Shown in pieces: positions 9,223 to 18,061 of a DNA stretch of 28,087 bases. Positions within the stretch are counted from its first letter, which is position 1. Each line of letters begins with the position of its first letter. The stretch covers positions 6,489 through 34,575 of the forward strand of contig JAWCMA010000004.1 of assembly GCA_038850285.1 (NCBI GenBank), written 5' to 3'. The DNA comes from Methanocellales archaeon. Its GTDB lineage: Archaea > Halobacteriota > JAWCLZ01. The position numbers were made by a program, and so were the translations under genes. Below the pieces are notes generated by a model. It was not told the origin of the DNA. It saw only the letters and a program-made list of their open reading frames with translations, and did not search any database.

Positions 9223-10197
9223 ATGCAGCTGGAAAAACTCGCGCGATCTCTTCGCGAATTTGAAGGGGTGACTAGAAAAAGGTCAATCGGAGCGCTTGTG
9301 AATGCCTTTGAAATAACTCAGAATAAAATCATTGCTTCTTTTGGCGAGGATGCAGCTGTTATAGACTTTGGGGATAGAGCACTGCTGCTTGCTGCAGATG
9401 GCATCTGGAGCAAGCTGATGAAGGCTGATCCCTTTTGGGCTGGGTATTGCTCAGTTTTGGTGAATGTTCACGATATAGCTGCAATGGGAGGTGAACCTAT
9501 CGCAATGGTGAATGTTTTTTCAGTCAGCTCTAAGCAGATCTGCAAAGTTGTATCTCAGGGGATGAGCAAGGCTGTTAAAAAATTTGATGTACCCATAGTT
9601 GGCGGGCATGTTCATCCTGATACTCCATATGATTCAATAGATGTAGCAATTCTGGGAATTGCTAGAAAGGACTCTGTTATATACAGCCATACTGCTCAAC
9701 CTGAAGATGATATTTTGATAGGTATAGATCTTGATGGCAAAGTGCATCCTTCTTTTCAGATCAACTGGGATTCAACAACCCATAAAGATACTCCAACGCT
9801 TAAAAAACAGTTGAAGTCTATGCAGGTGCTTGGCGAGGCACATCTAGTGAACGCTGGAAAGGATATAAGCAATCCAGGCACACTTGGGAGCTTGGGAATG
9901 ATTTTAGAAGTCAGCGGACTGGGAGCCATTGTGGATTTGAAAAGAATTCCAAAACCCCCTAATCTAGAGCTCGAGCAGTGGCTTAAAATGTACCCTGGAA
10001 TGGGATTCATCGTCACGGCCAAACCTGAGAATTCAGCTGAGGTTATAGAAATATTCAAAGCTCACGGTTTAGCGAGCGAGAAAATTGGAAAAATTGTTAA
10101 AGGCAGCAAGCTGGAAATAATTTATAATAGAGAGAGAGCCACTGTATTTGACTTTAAGGTGCATAAAATCACAGGATTGAAGCCAGTAAGGATATGA
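9223..10197 (+). CDS. Methanogenesis marker protein 2 (AIR synthase/PurM-like family)
   Basis: [62 protein letters not shown]. Confidence 0.88.
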   Translation: MQLEKLARSLREFEGVTRKRSIGALVNAFEITQNKIIASFGEDAAVIDFGDRALLLAADGIWSKLMKADPFWAGYCSVLVNVHDIAAMGGEPIAMVNVFSVSSKQICKVVSQGMSKAVKKFDVPIVGGHVHPDTPYDSIDVAILGIARKDSVIYSHTAQPEDDILIGIDLDGKVHPSFQINWDSTTHKDTPTLKKQLKSMQVLGEAHLVNAGKDISNPGTLGSLGMILEVSGLGAIVDLKRIPKPPNLELEQWLKMYPGMGFIVTAKPENSAEVIEIFKAHGLASEKIGKIVKGSKLEIIYNRERATVFDFKVHKITGLKPVRI

Positions 10198-10202
10198 AGC
10201 TC

Positions 10203-10264
10203 GCAGCTCGGGAATTTCACCGCGGGGAAAACCCCGGGGAAAGCACTTTATTTCCACTGCAACA
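10203..10264 (+). other. GC-rich extended hairpin just downstream of marker 2 (structured RNA or terminator candidate; strand uncertain)
   Basis: Nested pairings GCAG/CTGC, GGAA/TTCC, TTTC/GAAA, CC/GG and CGGGG-AAAA-CCCCG. Confidence 0.45.
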
Positions 10265-10303
10265 GGCAAATTTTAAATTCTTCAAGCGTTCAATTCCATT
10301 TAT

Positions 10304-10882
10304 ATGGCTGAGCTCAGGGTTTACGTGGTGAATAATTACGGACAGTTCTGCCATTTGATATATAGAGCTCTAAGAGAGCTGGGGGTTAAAACTGAGGTTC
10401 TTAAAAACACTCTAACTTCGGAGGAAATCTTGAGTAAAGAGTTGGATGGCTTGATATTAAGCGGAGGTCCGAGTCTGGAGCGTGCGGGCAATTGCCAGAG
10501 CTACGTGAGGGATCTTGAGATCCCAATTCTAGGCATTTGCTTAGGGCATCAACTTATGGCAGTTGCTTACGGTGGGAGCGTTGGAAGAGGTAAATATGGG
10601 GGATTTGCAGAGGTTGAAGTGGAAATTCTAGATGAAAATGATATTCTCATGGGAATGGCGCCTAGAACCATAACTTGGGCTTCGCACTCTGATGAGGTTG
10701 AGATAATGCCTCAGAGTTTCATCCGCCTGGCTAGATCTAAGATCTGCGAGGTTGAGGCTATGAAGCATAAATCCAAGCCGCTTTATGGCGTGCAGTGGCA
10801 TCCCGAGGTATCGCATACTATTCAAGGCAAGCTTTTACTTCAGAATTTTTTAAGTGTATGCGAGGATTACTCTCGAACTTGA
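10304..10882 (+). CDS. guaAA: GMP synthase subunit A (class I glutamine amidotransferase)
   Basis: NYGQF, LSGGPS, PILGICLGHQ (catalytic Cys), ASHSDEV, GVQWHPEV. TATA-like TTTTAAAT at 10271 suggests a leaderless transcript. Confidence 0.93.
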   Translation: MAELRVYVVNNYGQFCHLIYRALRELGVKTEVLKNTLTSEEILSKELDGLILSGGPSLERAGNCQSYVRDLEIPILGICLGHQLMAVAYGGSVGRGKYGGFAEVEVEILDENDILMGMAPRTITWASHSDEVEIMPQSFIRLARSKICEVEAMKHKSKPLYGVQWHPEVSHTIQGKLLLQNFLSVCEDYSRT

Positions 10883-10950
10883 TAATCAGCATTGATATTT
10901 TAATAATAATATTTATAATATATCCAGCAAAGCTTTTTTCTGGGAATTAA

Positions 10951-11076
10951 TTGGCAGAGGTACCTAATTCGGAGCTGATTAATATGATCATTTACATTGC
11001 CAGCGCTTTTGCACTGCTAATTTTAAGCTATCTCTTAGTGAAATGGGCGGGGAATAAATCCAAGCGATATATTTAA
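10951..11076 (+). CDS. Small single-TM protein (41 aa from TTG 10951, or 30 aa from ATG 10984)
   Basis: MAEVPNSELINMIIYIASAFALLILSYLLVKWAGNKSKRYI*. TTTATAAT at about 10912, GGAG at 10971; the stop overlaps the convergent ACT gene's stop. Confidence 0.5.
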   Translation: MAEVPNSELINMIIYIASAFALLILSYLLVKWAGNKSKRYI

Positions 11077-11552
11077 ATCGCCTGCACTTCCTTTGAGCCA
11101 ACAAGTTTAACGCCAAGTTTACTCAGAACCTTGATTGCTTCTCTAGTATTGCTAACTCTCACTATTAACATTGCCTTCTCACTTGATCTAGTAACGAAAG
11201 CATAGGCATATTCAATGTTTATATTGCTATCGCCCATTTGCTTTGCTATCTCATAAAGCCCCCCAGGGCGATCTGCCATTTCAATGCCAATTACATCCGT
11301 CTCAGAAACAGTAAATCCCGCGTCGCGCAGCACTTTATATGCTTTATTTGGATCGTCAACCACCATTCGAATAACCCCAAAGTCGCCTGCCTCGGCAATT
11401 GTAAATGCACGGATATTTATATTCGCTTTATAGAGATGCTCGGTTACATTTGCAAGTCTCCCAGGCTTATTCTCAGCAAAGAGCGAGATCTGCTTGATAA
11501 TTTTATCTCTATATTTGAATTTTTCTTTCACAGCCATGTTAACTCCCTTCAT
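11073..11552 (-). CDS. Tandem-ACT domain protein (COG4747-like, PaaK-associated); alternative start 11537
   Basis: IKQISLFAENKPGRL, INIRA, DFGVIRMVV, DRPGGL, INIEYAYAF. Confidence 0.88.
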   Translation of the reverse strand: MKGVNMAVKEKFKYRDKIIKQISLFAENKPGRLANVTEHLYKANINIRAFTIAEAGDFGVIRMVVDDPNKAYKVLRDAGFTVSETDVIGIEMADRPGGLYEIAKQMGDSNINIEYAYAFVTRSSEKAMLIVRVSNTREAIKVLSKLGVKLVGSKEVQAI

Positions 11553-12850
11553 ATCTTTCTTCTATCTATAACCCTTTGAGCTTTCCCCATGGATCTAGGT
11601 AGCGTTCCATACTCCACGAGCTCAACCTTAGTATCGAGGTTAAGCACGTTCTTCAATCTATGCTCCACTTTTTGCTTCAACTTTAAGATGTCCTCCACTT
11701 TATCGCTAAATGCTTGAGGTGTAACTTCCACTTGCACCATCATTTCATCCAGAGCCCCTTTTCTCTCAACTATGATTTGAAAATGCTCCCCTACTTCCGG
11801 GATTTGCATGAGCACAGCTTCCACTTGACTTGGAAATACATTTATGCCTCTGACCACTATCATATTATCCGCTCTACCCAAGATGCGCATTATCCTCGGA
11901 TGGGTTCTTCCGCAATTGCACTTCTCAGTATTCAGCTTAGTTATATCCCCGATTCTAAATCTGATCAGCGGCATGGCTTCCTTAACCAGCGTAGTGGCAA
12001 CCAATTCACCTCTTTCGCCACACGAAAGCTGTTCTCCAGTTTCCGGATCGATTACTTCAATTAGGAATTGATCTCCCCAGATATGAATGCCATTTTGATA
12101 CTGGCACTCGGTGAAAAGCGGTCCTGAGAGTTCTGAGGTACCAAAGATATCATAGGCTTTAATTCCAGTGGTATTTTCAATTCGCCTTCTAGTTTCCTCA
12201 GACCAAGGCTCAGCGCCGAATACCCCTGCTTTGAGTTTGGTTTTATTAATCTTCACACCCATTCTCTCCGCCACTTCATTGATATGCAGGAAGTAAGAAG
12301 GAGTGCAGGCAATTGCAGTTGTGCCTAGGTCAACTAGAAGTTCAACCTGTCTCTCAGTATTGCCCACGCTCGTTGGGAGAGCACTAGCACCAATTGCTTC
12401 AACTCCATAGTGCAGTCCCAAGCCCCCTGTGAATAGCCCATAGCCATAGCTAATCTGCACAATATCCCCCCTCCCCAGTCCTATGGATGTAAGGGCTCTA
12501 GCCATTGAAGCAGTCCATTCCGCAATATCACTCTGGGTGTAAGCAACTACAGTGGGCTTGCCAGTTGTACCTGAGGAAGCGTGGAATCTAATGATTCTAT
12601 TTAAAGGCACACAGAGCAAGCCATATGGATAGGTGTCTCGGAGATCACTTTTTCGAGTGAAGGGCAGCTTTACCACGTCATCGAGCTTTTTAATATCCTC
12701 AGGCTCTATTCCTGCTTTATCAAAGCGTTCGCGATAGAAACGCGAATGCTCATAGGCATATCTCACTATATATCTCAACCTCCTCTCCTGAAGCTCAAGC
12801 AGCTCCTTTTGAGGCAGCTTCTCAACATTCGGCTCCCAGAATTCCACCAT
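11549..12850 (-). CDS. paaK: Phenylacetate--CoA ligase family protein (PaaK / F390 synthetase-like), copy 1
   Basis: HASSGTTGKP, YGLFTGGLG, FGAEPWSE, YDIFGTSE, RFRIGD, GRADNMIVVRGINVFPSQ, GKAQR. Confidence 0.88.
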   Translation of the reverse strand: MVEFWEPNVEKLPQKELLELQERRLRYIVRYAYEHSRFYRERFDKAGIEPEDIKKLDDVVKLPFTRKSDLRDTYPYGLLCVPLNRIIRFHASSGTTGKPTVVAYTQSDIAEWTASMARALTSIGLGRGDIVQISYGYGLFTGGLGLHYGVEAIGASALPTSVGNTERQVELLVDLGTTAIACTPSYFLHINEVAERMGVKINKTKLKAGVFGAEPWSEETRRRIENTTGIKAYDIFGTSELSGPLFTECQYQNGIHIWGDQFLIEVIDPETGEQLSCGERGELVATTLVKEAMPLIRFRIGDITKLNTEKCNCGRTHPRIMRILGRADNMIVVRGINVFPSQVEAVLMQIPEVGEHFQIIVERKGALDEMMVQVEVTPQAFSDKVEDILKLKQKVEHRLKNVLNLDTKVELVEYGTLPRSMGKAQRVIDRRKI

Positions 12851-12862
12851 TTAAATATCCTC

Positions 12863-14170
12863 CTAAATTTTTTCCCGCAGGTCAATAATGCGCTTATATT
12901 TGCCCTCTACTCTCGGGAGAGTTCCGCGTTCGACTAATATAACATTCGTGCGAAGATTAAGGGCATTATAAAGCTGATTAGCAATTTTATTTTGAATTCG
13001 CTTCAGATCATCTAGTTCGCCGGTGAAACTTTTCTCATTGAGTTCCACTTTAACTGTGATTTCATCTAAGTACTTTCTTCTATCCACAACAACCTGGAAA
13101 TACTCTCCCACCTCTGGGATCCCCATCAAAACATGTTCAATTTGACTTGGGAAAACATTGATTCCCCGGATTACCATCATATCATCGGCTCTTCCAAGGA
13201 TCCTAGAGATCCTAATACTAGTTCTCCCGCAAGGACATGGATCTTCTAGGATTTTAGCTATATCGCCTGTGCGATATCTAATTAAGGGAAGGGCTTCTTT
13301 AGTTAAGGAGGTTAAAACAAGTTCGCCGCTCTCCCCAGGGGAACATTGCTCTCCCTTTGAATCCACAACTTCAACTAGGAAATGATCCTCCCAGATATGC
13401 AATCCATTTTGCTCCTCACATTCAAAGGCAACCCCTGGACCGAACATTTCAGATAGACCATAGGAATCATAAGCCTTGATGTCTAGAGCCTCCTCAAGCT
13501 CTTTTCTAGTGTTCTCAGACCAAGGCTCAGCGCCGAAGCAGCCAATTCGAAGCGAGAATTGACTGGCATCGATTCCATTCTCCTCCGCAGTTTCAGCAAT
13601 ATAGAGTGCATAAGAAGGGGTGCAGTGAATCACAGTAACTCCAAAATCAAGCAGCATTTCGATTTGCCTCATTGTAGTACCTGTACCAGCTGGTACTATC
13701 GTTACTCCAATTTTTTCAGCTCCATAGTGAAATCCTAAGCCGCCTGTGAATAATCCATAGCCCACGGCATTTTGAAATATATCGCCCTTTCTCACGCCAA
13801 CCATTGTCAAGCAGCGGGCAATTAAATTAGCCCATGTTTCAATGTCCCTTTGAGTATATCCAACCACAGTTGGCTTGCCACTTGTACCCGAGGAAGCGTG
13901 CAGGCGTATAACTTGGCTCATTGGCACTGCGAACATTTTAAATGGATAGCTATCTCGAATATCGCTCTTACTGGTAAAAGGCAGTTTTTGCACATCCTCA
14001 AGCTTGCTAATTTCCGGTTTTGAAGCGAATTTTGATCTGTAGAAAGGCACATTCCTGTAAACTCTTTGAACAGCAGCTTTTAAACGGCGAAGCTGGAGCT
14101 TTTTAAGTTCACCGCGCTTCAGCGTTTCAAGTTCTCTTTCCCAGTATTTCATTGGTGCGATTATTTTCAC
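12863..14170 (-). CDS. paaK: Phenylacetate--CoA ligase family protein, copy 2 (start may be ATG 14152)
   Basis: HASSGTSGKP, GLFTGGLG, FGAEPWSE, YGLSE, RYRTGD, GRADDMMVIRGINVFPSQ. Confidence 0.88.
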   Translation of the reverse strand: MKIIAPMKYWERELETLKRGELKKLQLRRLKAAVQRVYRNVPFYRSKFASKPEISKLEDVQKLPFTSKSDIRDSYPFKMFAVPMSQVIRLHASSGTSGKPTVVGYTQRDIETWANLIARCLTMVGVRKGDIFQNAVGYGLFTGGLGFHYGAEKIGVTIVPAGTGTTMRQIEMLLDFGVTVIHCTPSYALYIAETAEENGIDASQFSLRIGCFGAEPWSENTRKELEEALDIKAYDSYGLSEMFGPGVAFECEEQNGLHIWEDHFLVEVVDSKGEQCSPGESGELVLTSLTKEALPLIRYRTGDIAKILEDPCPCGRTSIRISRILGRADDMMVIRGINVFPSQIEHVLMGIPEVGEYFQVVVDRRKYLDEITVKVELNEKSFTGELDDLKRIQNKIANQLYNALNLRTNVILVERGTLPRVEGKYKRIIDLREKI

Positions 14171-14239
14171 AGCTTCTAACCAAAAAACTTGCGGAATAAT
14201 CGAATAAGCAGCAAACTAAATATATTCCTGAAATAAAAG

Positions 14240-14590
14240 TTGATATTAATGATCGCAATTGATTACGGCCTGCTGATATGCGTAGTTGCAACTTCAATGA
14301 CTGGTTTAATGACCATTCTCCTTGGCTATCTCGCGCTTCGCAGCATGAAGCAAGGCTTGCTTAAAATATATGCAACATTTGTTTTCATAGCCCTATTGAT
14401 TTTCTCCACAGCGGGAGTGCTTCGCTCTGCACGCGAAGTCTTAGATCAAACTCTAATCTTTGGGATAAACGTTGTCTACATCGAATATGTGTTCTACAGC
14501 ATAACTTACCTTGAGTTAATGCTAGCGATTTACATGATCCACATAATCTCAAAAGTATCCCCAGAAGAACTAAAGCTGAAGGCGGGATGA
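14240..14590 (+). CDS. Hypothetical 3-TM membrane protein, paralog A (start may be ATG 14249)
   Basis: Three hydrophobic segments; shares RS.RE..D.T...GIN.VYIEY..Y..TY with the next gene. Confidence 0.7.
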   Translation: MILMIAIDYGLLICVVATSMTGLMTILLGYLALRSMKQGLLKIYATFVFIALLIFSTAGVLRSAREVLDQTLIFGINVVYIEYVFYSITYLELMLAIYMIHIISKVSPEELKLKAG

Positions 14591-14591
14591 G

Positions 14592-14897
14592 ATGTTTGAA
14601 GATGCCACTCTCATAAGTTTGATCCTTATCACTTCCTTTCTAAGCATTATAACAATTATCTCAAGTTTATACATCTTCCAAAAACTTCCCTACGGTGATT
14701 TGAAGGACTTCGCTGCCTTAGTGCTTTCAGTGATCTTAATTTTCACATTAGGCGGCTTCATCCGCTCGGTGAGGGAAATCTTCGATTTAACCCATTTAAG
14801 TGGCATTAACATCGTTTATATAGAATATATTCTCTACACCTTTACCTATGTCATTGCAATCTATAAGATAAGAAAGATCTTGCGAGCTGCTAGATAG
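14592..14897 (+). CDS. Hypothetical 3-TM membrane protein, paralog B
   Basis: Starts 1 nt after the previous stop; 26/52 identical to paralog A in an ungapped core (counted by hand). Confidence 0.7.
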   Translation: MFEDATLISLILITSFLSIITIISSLYIFQKLPYGDLKDFAALVLSVILIFTLGGFIRSVREIFDLTHLSGINIVYIEYILYTFTYVIAIYKIRKILRAAR

Positions 14898-14900
14898 CAG

Positions 14901-15440
14901 TTAAGCTGCGGCTTCCTCTGCCCTTAAAATTAATTCCTCCCCGCGATCTACAACAATTTTATAGGGAGTTGGCAGCTTGTTGCCAGCACGTCTAAGAGCA
15001 TCTTTAGCTTTAAGGAAATACTCAGGTTTAACTTCAATTGTGAAGATCTTCTGTTCAGCGTGCACTCGAGCGGCAGTTCCCACTGCTTTGCCGAAGGCGC
15101 GGCGCATTCCATCTGAGACTCGATCAGCACCAGCTCCAGTGGCTTGCTTGTTCTCGCGAAGTACGTGATGGGGGTAAACGCGAAGTTTGAGATGATAGTT
15201 TGCATCCCCTACCTCGCGAAGGAGAAATCTATTGGCAGAAACACGCGCAGCTTCTAAAGCACTATGTCGAATTTGACATGCTTCTTCAGCGATCAAGCTC
15301 ATTTCAACTGGAAATTCCTCCTTGGTATTACCCATGTCAAATTGAACAACTTTGATTCCAGGCACTCCACCCATGTACTCTCGCCTAGTGTAAGATGGGC
15401 CTGAGATTCTTCGATACATCCTTCCTGGTTTACGAGCCAT
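14901..15440 (-). CDS. rpl10e: 50S ribosomal protein uL16 (L10e)
   Basis: [63 protein letters not shown]. Confidence 0.97.
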   Translation of the reverse strand: MARKPGRMYRRISGPSYTRREYMGGVPGIKVVQFDMGNTKEEFPVEMSLIAEEACQIRHSALEAARVSANRFLLREVGDANYHLKLRVYPHHVLRENKQATGAGADRVSDGMRRAFGKAVGTAARVHAEQKIFTIEVKPEYFLKAKDALRRAGNKLPTPYKIVVDRGEELILRAEEAAA

Positions 15441-15523
15441 AGCTTTTATTTTTTTCTATTGCCACTTTATATATTTTTCTTGTGCTATTTATTAAAAAGA
15501 AGTGAAATAAGGAGTTAAGGAAA

Positions 15524-16234
15524 TTGAAGATAGCTATATTAATTCCATGTTATAATGAGTAGCGGAGAATTGAAGTTGCACTCAGCCGCTTAGTTGATTT
15601 CGCAGTTAAGCATTCGAACTATATAATCGTGGTTGAGGAAGATGGCTCTAGCGATTCAACGCCTCAAATCCTCGATAGCTACGCTGAAAGGTATGCATTC
15701 ATAAAAGCTGTTCATAGCAAAACTCGCTTGAGAAAAGGAGGCGGGCTTAAGCTAGCTGCTCTTCATGCCAGTGGTGATATAATAATTACAACTGACGCGG
15801 ATCTAGCTGTCCCCCCTGAGGAATTTCCAAAACTAGTGAGAGAAATTGAAAATGGCTATGATATCGTGATCGCAAGCAGGCGCCATAGAGATAGCTTAAT
15901 TAGCAAGCAAGCGCCATTCTTTCGACGCTTGGCCTCATTTTATTTTAATCTCTTATTAAACCTGCTTTTTGACTTTGGAATTAGAGATACTCAAAGCGGT
16001 ACTAAGGCATTTAGGAGAGAGCGGTTCTTTGAAATTCAACCTAGAATTTCACTGGATTATGCCATGGATGTGGAAATACTTGCTCGAGCTAAGAAGTGCA
16101 ATTTGAAGGTTAAAGAAATTGGCGTGCATTATGCACATGGCGCGTTCAGCAGGTTTTCAATATTGAGGAATGGCAGTAAAATGCTTAGAGATGTATTTAT
16201 AATCTGGCTGAACTACATCACAGGGAGAATCTAA
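15524..16234 (+). pseudogene. GT2 dolichyl-phosphate glycosyltransferase-like gene with in-frame TAG at codon 13
   Basis: From TTG 15524: MKIAILIPCYNE*RRIEVAL...VVEEDGSSDST...DADL...ASR...DTQSGTKAF...DVEIL. TAG at 15560-15562. Confidence 0.7.
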
Positions 16235-17206
16235 ATGGAGGAAATCGATTTAAAGCAGAAGCTCTGGAATGTGAAAACTTTCATTTCATTTTTAATTGCC
16301 TTCGCAATTCTTTATCTGCTTTTCTCCCGCTTGAATTTTAGCGGTGCAGTTAAGATGATCGCGGGTATAAATCCCTTGCTCTATCTCCTAGCTTTTTTAA
16401 TTAATTATTTATCTTATCCCCTTCGCGGGCTGCGTTGGAAAAGTTTTTTAAGCAACGCTGGATTTAATGGAAGCTGGCGAGATGTTACTGAGATAGTCTT
16501 TCTATCTTGGTTTGCAAATTGCTTGGTGCCTGCAAAGCTCGGTGATTTCTATCGAAGCTATCTTTTGAAGAAGAATTATGATTTCCCCGCTATCAAAGCA
16601 CTGGGTACTGTTTATGTTGAAAGAATGTTTGATGTAATATTCTTAATCTCCATGCTTGCAATCTCTGGATTCATAGTATTTGGAAGTGCTATTCCTCGCG
16701 ATGTAATTTTGGCACTTGAAATTGCAAGCTTCCTTGCTCTACTTCTCCTCGCGAGTTGGTTTTTGATTACGCAAAGGAGAAGCAATATAGCTAAAGTTCT
16801 TCCGAATAGGGTGAAACACCTTTTTTTGAAATTTGAAGAAGGCTTAAGTCAAGCTTTGGTTCTGCGTGCAATTCCAGCTGTATTTGCGTATACTTTATTC
16901 ATCTGGCTTTTTGAAAGCGCTAGATTGCTATTCGTAATTCTAGCACTTGGACTTAAGAGCTCAATCTCAATTGCAATAATAATTTTCACTGCTCTTTCAG
17001 CATCGCTGCTTACCTCTCTTCCAATAACCCCTGCTGGTTTGGGAGCAGTTGAGCTTGCAATTGTTGCAATGCTTGGTTTTGCAGGACTAGATTCGGATTC
17101 AGCTCTGTCAGCTGCCATGCTTGATCGCTTCATAAGTTACTGGAGCATCCTCATTTTTGGAGCGCTGCTTTACATTAAAAGCAGTAAAACCAGAAATGTT
17201 ATATGA
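16235..17206 (+). CDS. Flippase-like / lysylphosphatidylglycerol synthase TM-domain protein (UPF0104, AglD2-like)
   Basis: Polytopic; RGLRW, N..VPAKLGDFYR, ERMFD, PITPAGLGAVE, DRFISYW; adjacent to the GT2. Confidence 0.85.
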   Translation: MEEIDLKQKLWNVKTFISFLIAFAILYLLFSRLNFSGAVKMIAGINPLLYLLAFLINYLSYPLRGLRWKSFLSNAGFNGSWRDVTEIVFLSWFANCLVPAKLGDFYRSYLLKKNYDFPAIKALGTVYVERMFDVIFLISMLAISGFIVFGSAIPRDVILALEIASFLALLLLASWFLITQRRSNIAKVLPNRVKHLFLKFEEGLSQALVLRAIPAVFAYTLFIWLFESARLLFVILALGLKSSISIAIIIFTALSASLLTSLPITPAGLGAVELAIVAMLGFAGLDSDSALSAAMLDRFISYWSILIFGALLYIKSSKTRNVI

Positions 17207-17234
17207 CAATATGTTATATGAATATGTTAAATGA
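17196..17234 (+). repeat. Three near-tandem ATGTTA(T/A)ATGA copies across the gene junction
   Basis: ATGTTATATGA at 17196 and 17211; ATGTTAAATGA at 17224. Confidence 0.6.
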
Positions 17235-17680
17235 AGCTAAATTTGCTTATATCACTTGCTTTATTATTAACCCTGCTTGCTGCTGGGTGTGTTCAAGAGC
17301 CCGTGAGACCAACTCCAATGCCTACACCTACACCTATGCTAACTGAAACACCAACTCCAATGCCTACACCTACGCCAACCCCAGCGCCAACTCCAACCCC
17401 ATCTGGGGAGAAGATAACTATTTGGATTGAAGATTATGCTTTTTTTCCGAGAGAGCTTACTATAAAAAAAGGTACCACAGTGGTCTGGTGGAACTGGATT
17501 CGTGAGCGATATGAGGATATTGTTATTCTAGGTGAAGATGGCTCTTGGAATTCTACCCCTTTTGGGTATGGTAAAAATTGGAGTAAAACTTTCTATAACC
17601 CAGGTATTTACAACTATACTGCAAGTTTCTCAGGCACAGAGCTTAAAACGAGGAAGGGCGTGATAATTGTAATAGAATAA
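17231..17680 (+). CDS. Lipoprotein with Pro/Thr linker and cupredoxin-like domain lacking Cu ligands
   Basis: Lipobox LAAGC; PT repeats; IEDYAFFPRELTIKKGTTVVW.N ... TFYNPGIYNY ... KGVIIV pattern. The domain has no His, Cys or Met. Confidence 0.75.
   Translation: MKLNLLISLALLLTLLAAGCVQEPVRPTPMPTPTPMLTETPTPMPTPTPTPAPTPTPSGEKITIWIEDYAFFPRELTIKKGTTVVWWNWIRERYEDIVILGEDGSWNSTPFGYGKNWSKTFYNPGIYNYTASFSGTELKTRKGVIIVIE
17308..17373 (+). repeat. 24-bp direct repeat in the Pro/Thr linker
   Basis: ACCAACTCCAATGCCTACACCTAC at 17308-17331 and 17350-17373. Confidence 0.85.
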
Positions 17681-17710
17681 TGGAATCGGGGATATGTTAT
17701 AGGCAAATTT

Positions 17711-17766
17711 TGTTACATGTAACATTTTTGGGTTTTTCGAATCCGAAAATACGATAAATATATAAG
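17711..17766 (+). promoter_or_regulatory. Promoter with two inverted repeats (putative operators)
   Basis: Perfect palindrome TGTTACATGTAACA (17711-17724), TTTTCG-N4-CGAAAA (17734-17749), then TATA-like AAATATATAAG. Confidence 0.55.
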
Positions 17767-17802
17767 CATGAATGGTATACTACGACTTTGGAGGGGATTA
17801 GC

Positions 17803-18039
17803 TTGGTATATAAGATATATGGTCTGGAATATTTAGGGAGAAAGGTACAGAGCAAGAATAAGAATCTAGCGAATAGCGAGGCAAAGCGATTTGTAATATT
17901 AAAGGTAACAGACAAAATGCCAACCAAAGAAGAGGTCATAGCTGCTGCACAGACAAATCCTAGGGTGAAAAAAGCTTGGGTAATGCAAATGGAAGGCAAT
18001 AAGTGGCGAAAAGTCATGGATAAAATGGCAGTAAACTAG
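17803..18039 (+). CDS. Small basic hypothetical protein (78 aa)
   Basis: GGAGGGG SD directly before TTG 17803; Lys/Arg-rich; C-terminal VKKAWVMQMEGNKWRKVM. Confidence 0.65.
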   Translation: MVYKIYGLEYLGRKVQSKNKNLANSEAKRFVILKVTDKMPTKEEVIAAAQTNPRVKKAWVMQMEGNKWRKVMDKMAVN

Positions 18040-18061
18040 GCTTTTCGCCCTTCTCCTTTTT

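Noticed and set aside
10203-10260. SECIS element, tRNA or guaA riboswitch
   Set aside because: No in-frame TGA in the neighbouring genes, no cloverleaf or TTC loop, and the hairpin lies upstream of the probable guaAA TATA box.
12197-13537. 24-bp exact repeat CTCAGACCAAGGCTCAGCGCCGAA (12197 and 13514)
   Set aside because: It encodes the conserved FGAEPWSE motif in both paaK paralogs; not a mobile-element or CRISPR repeat.
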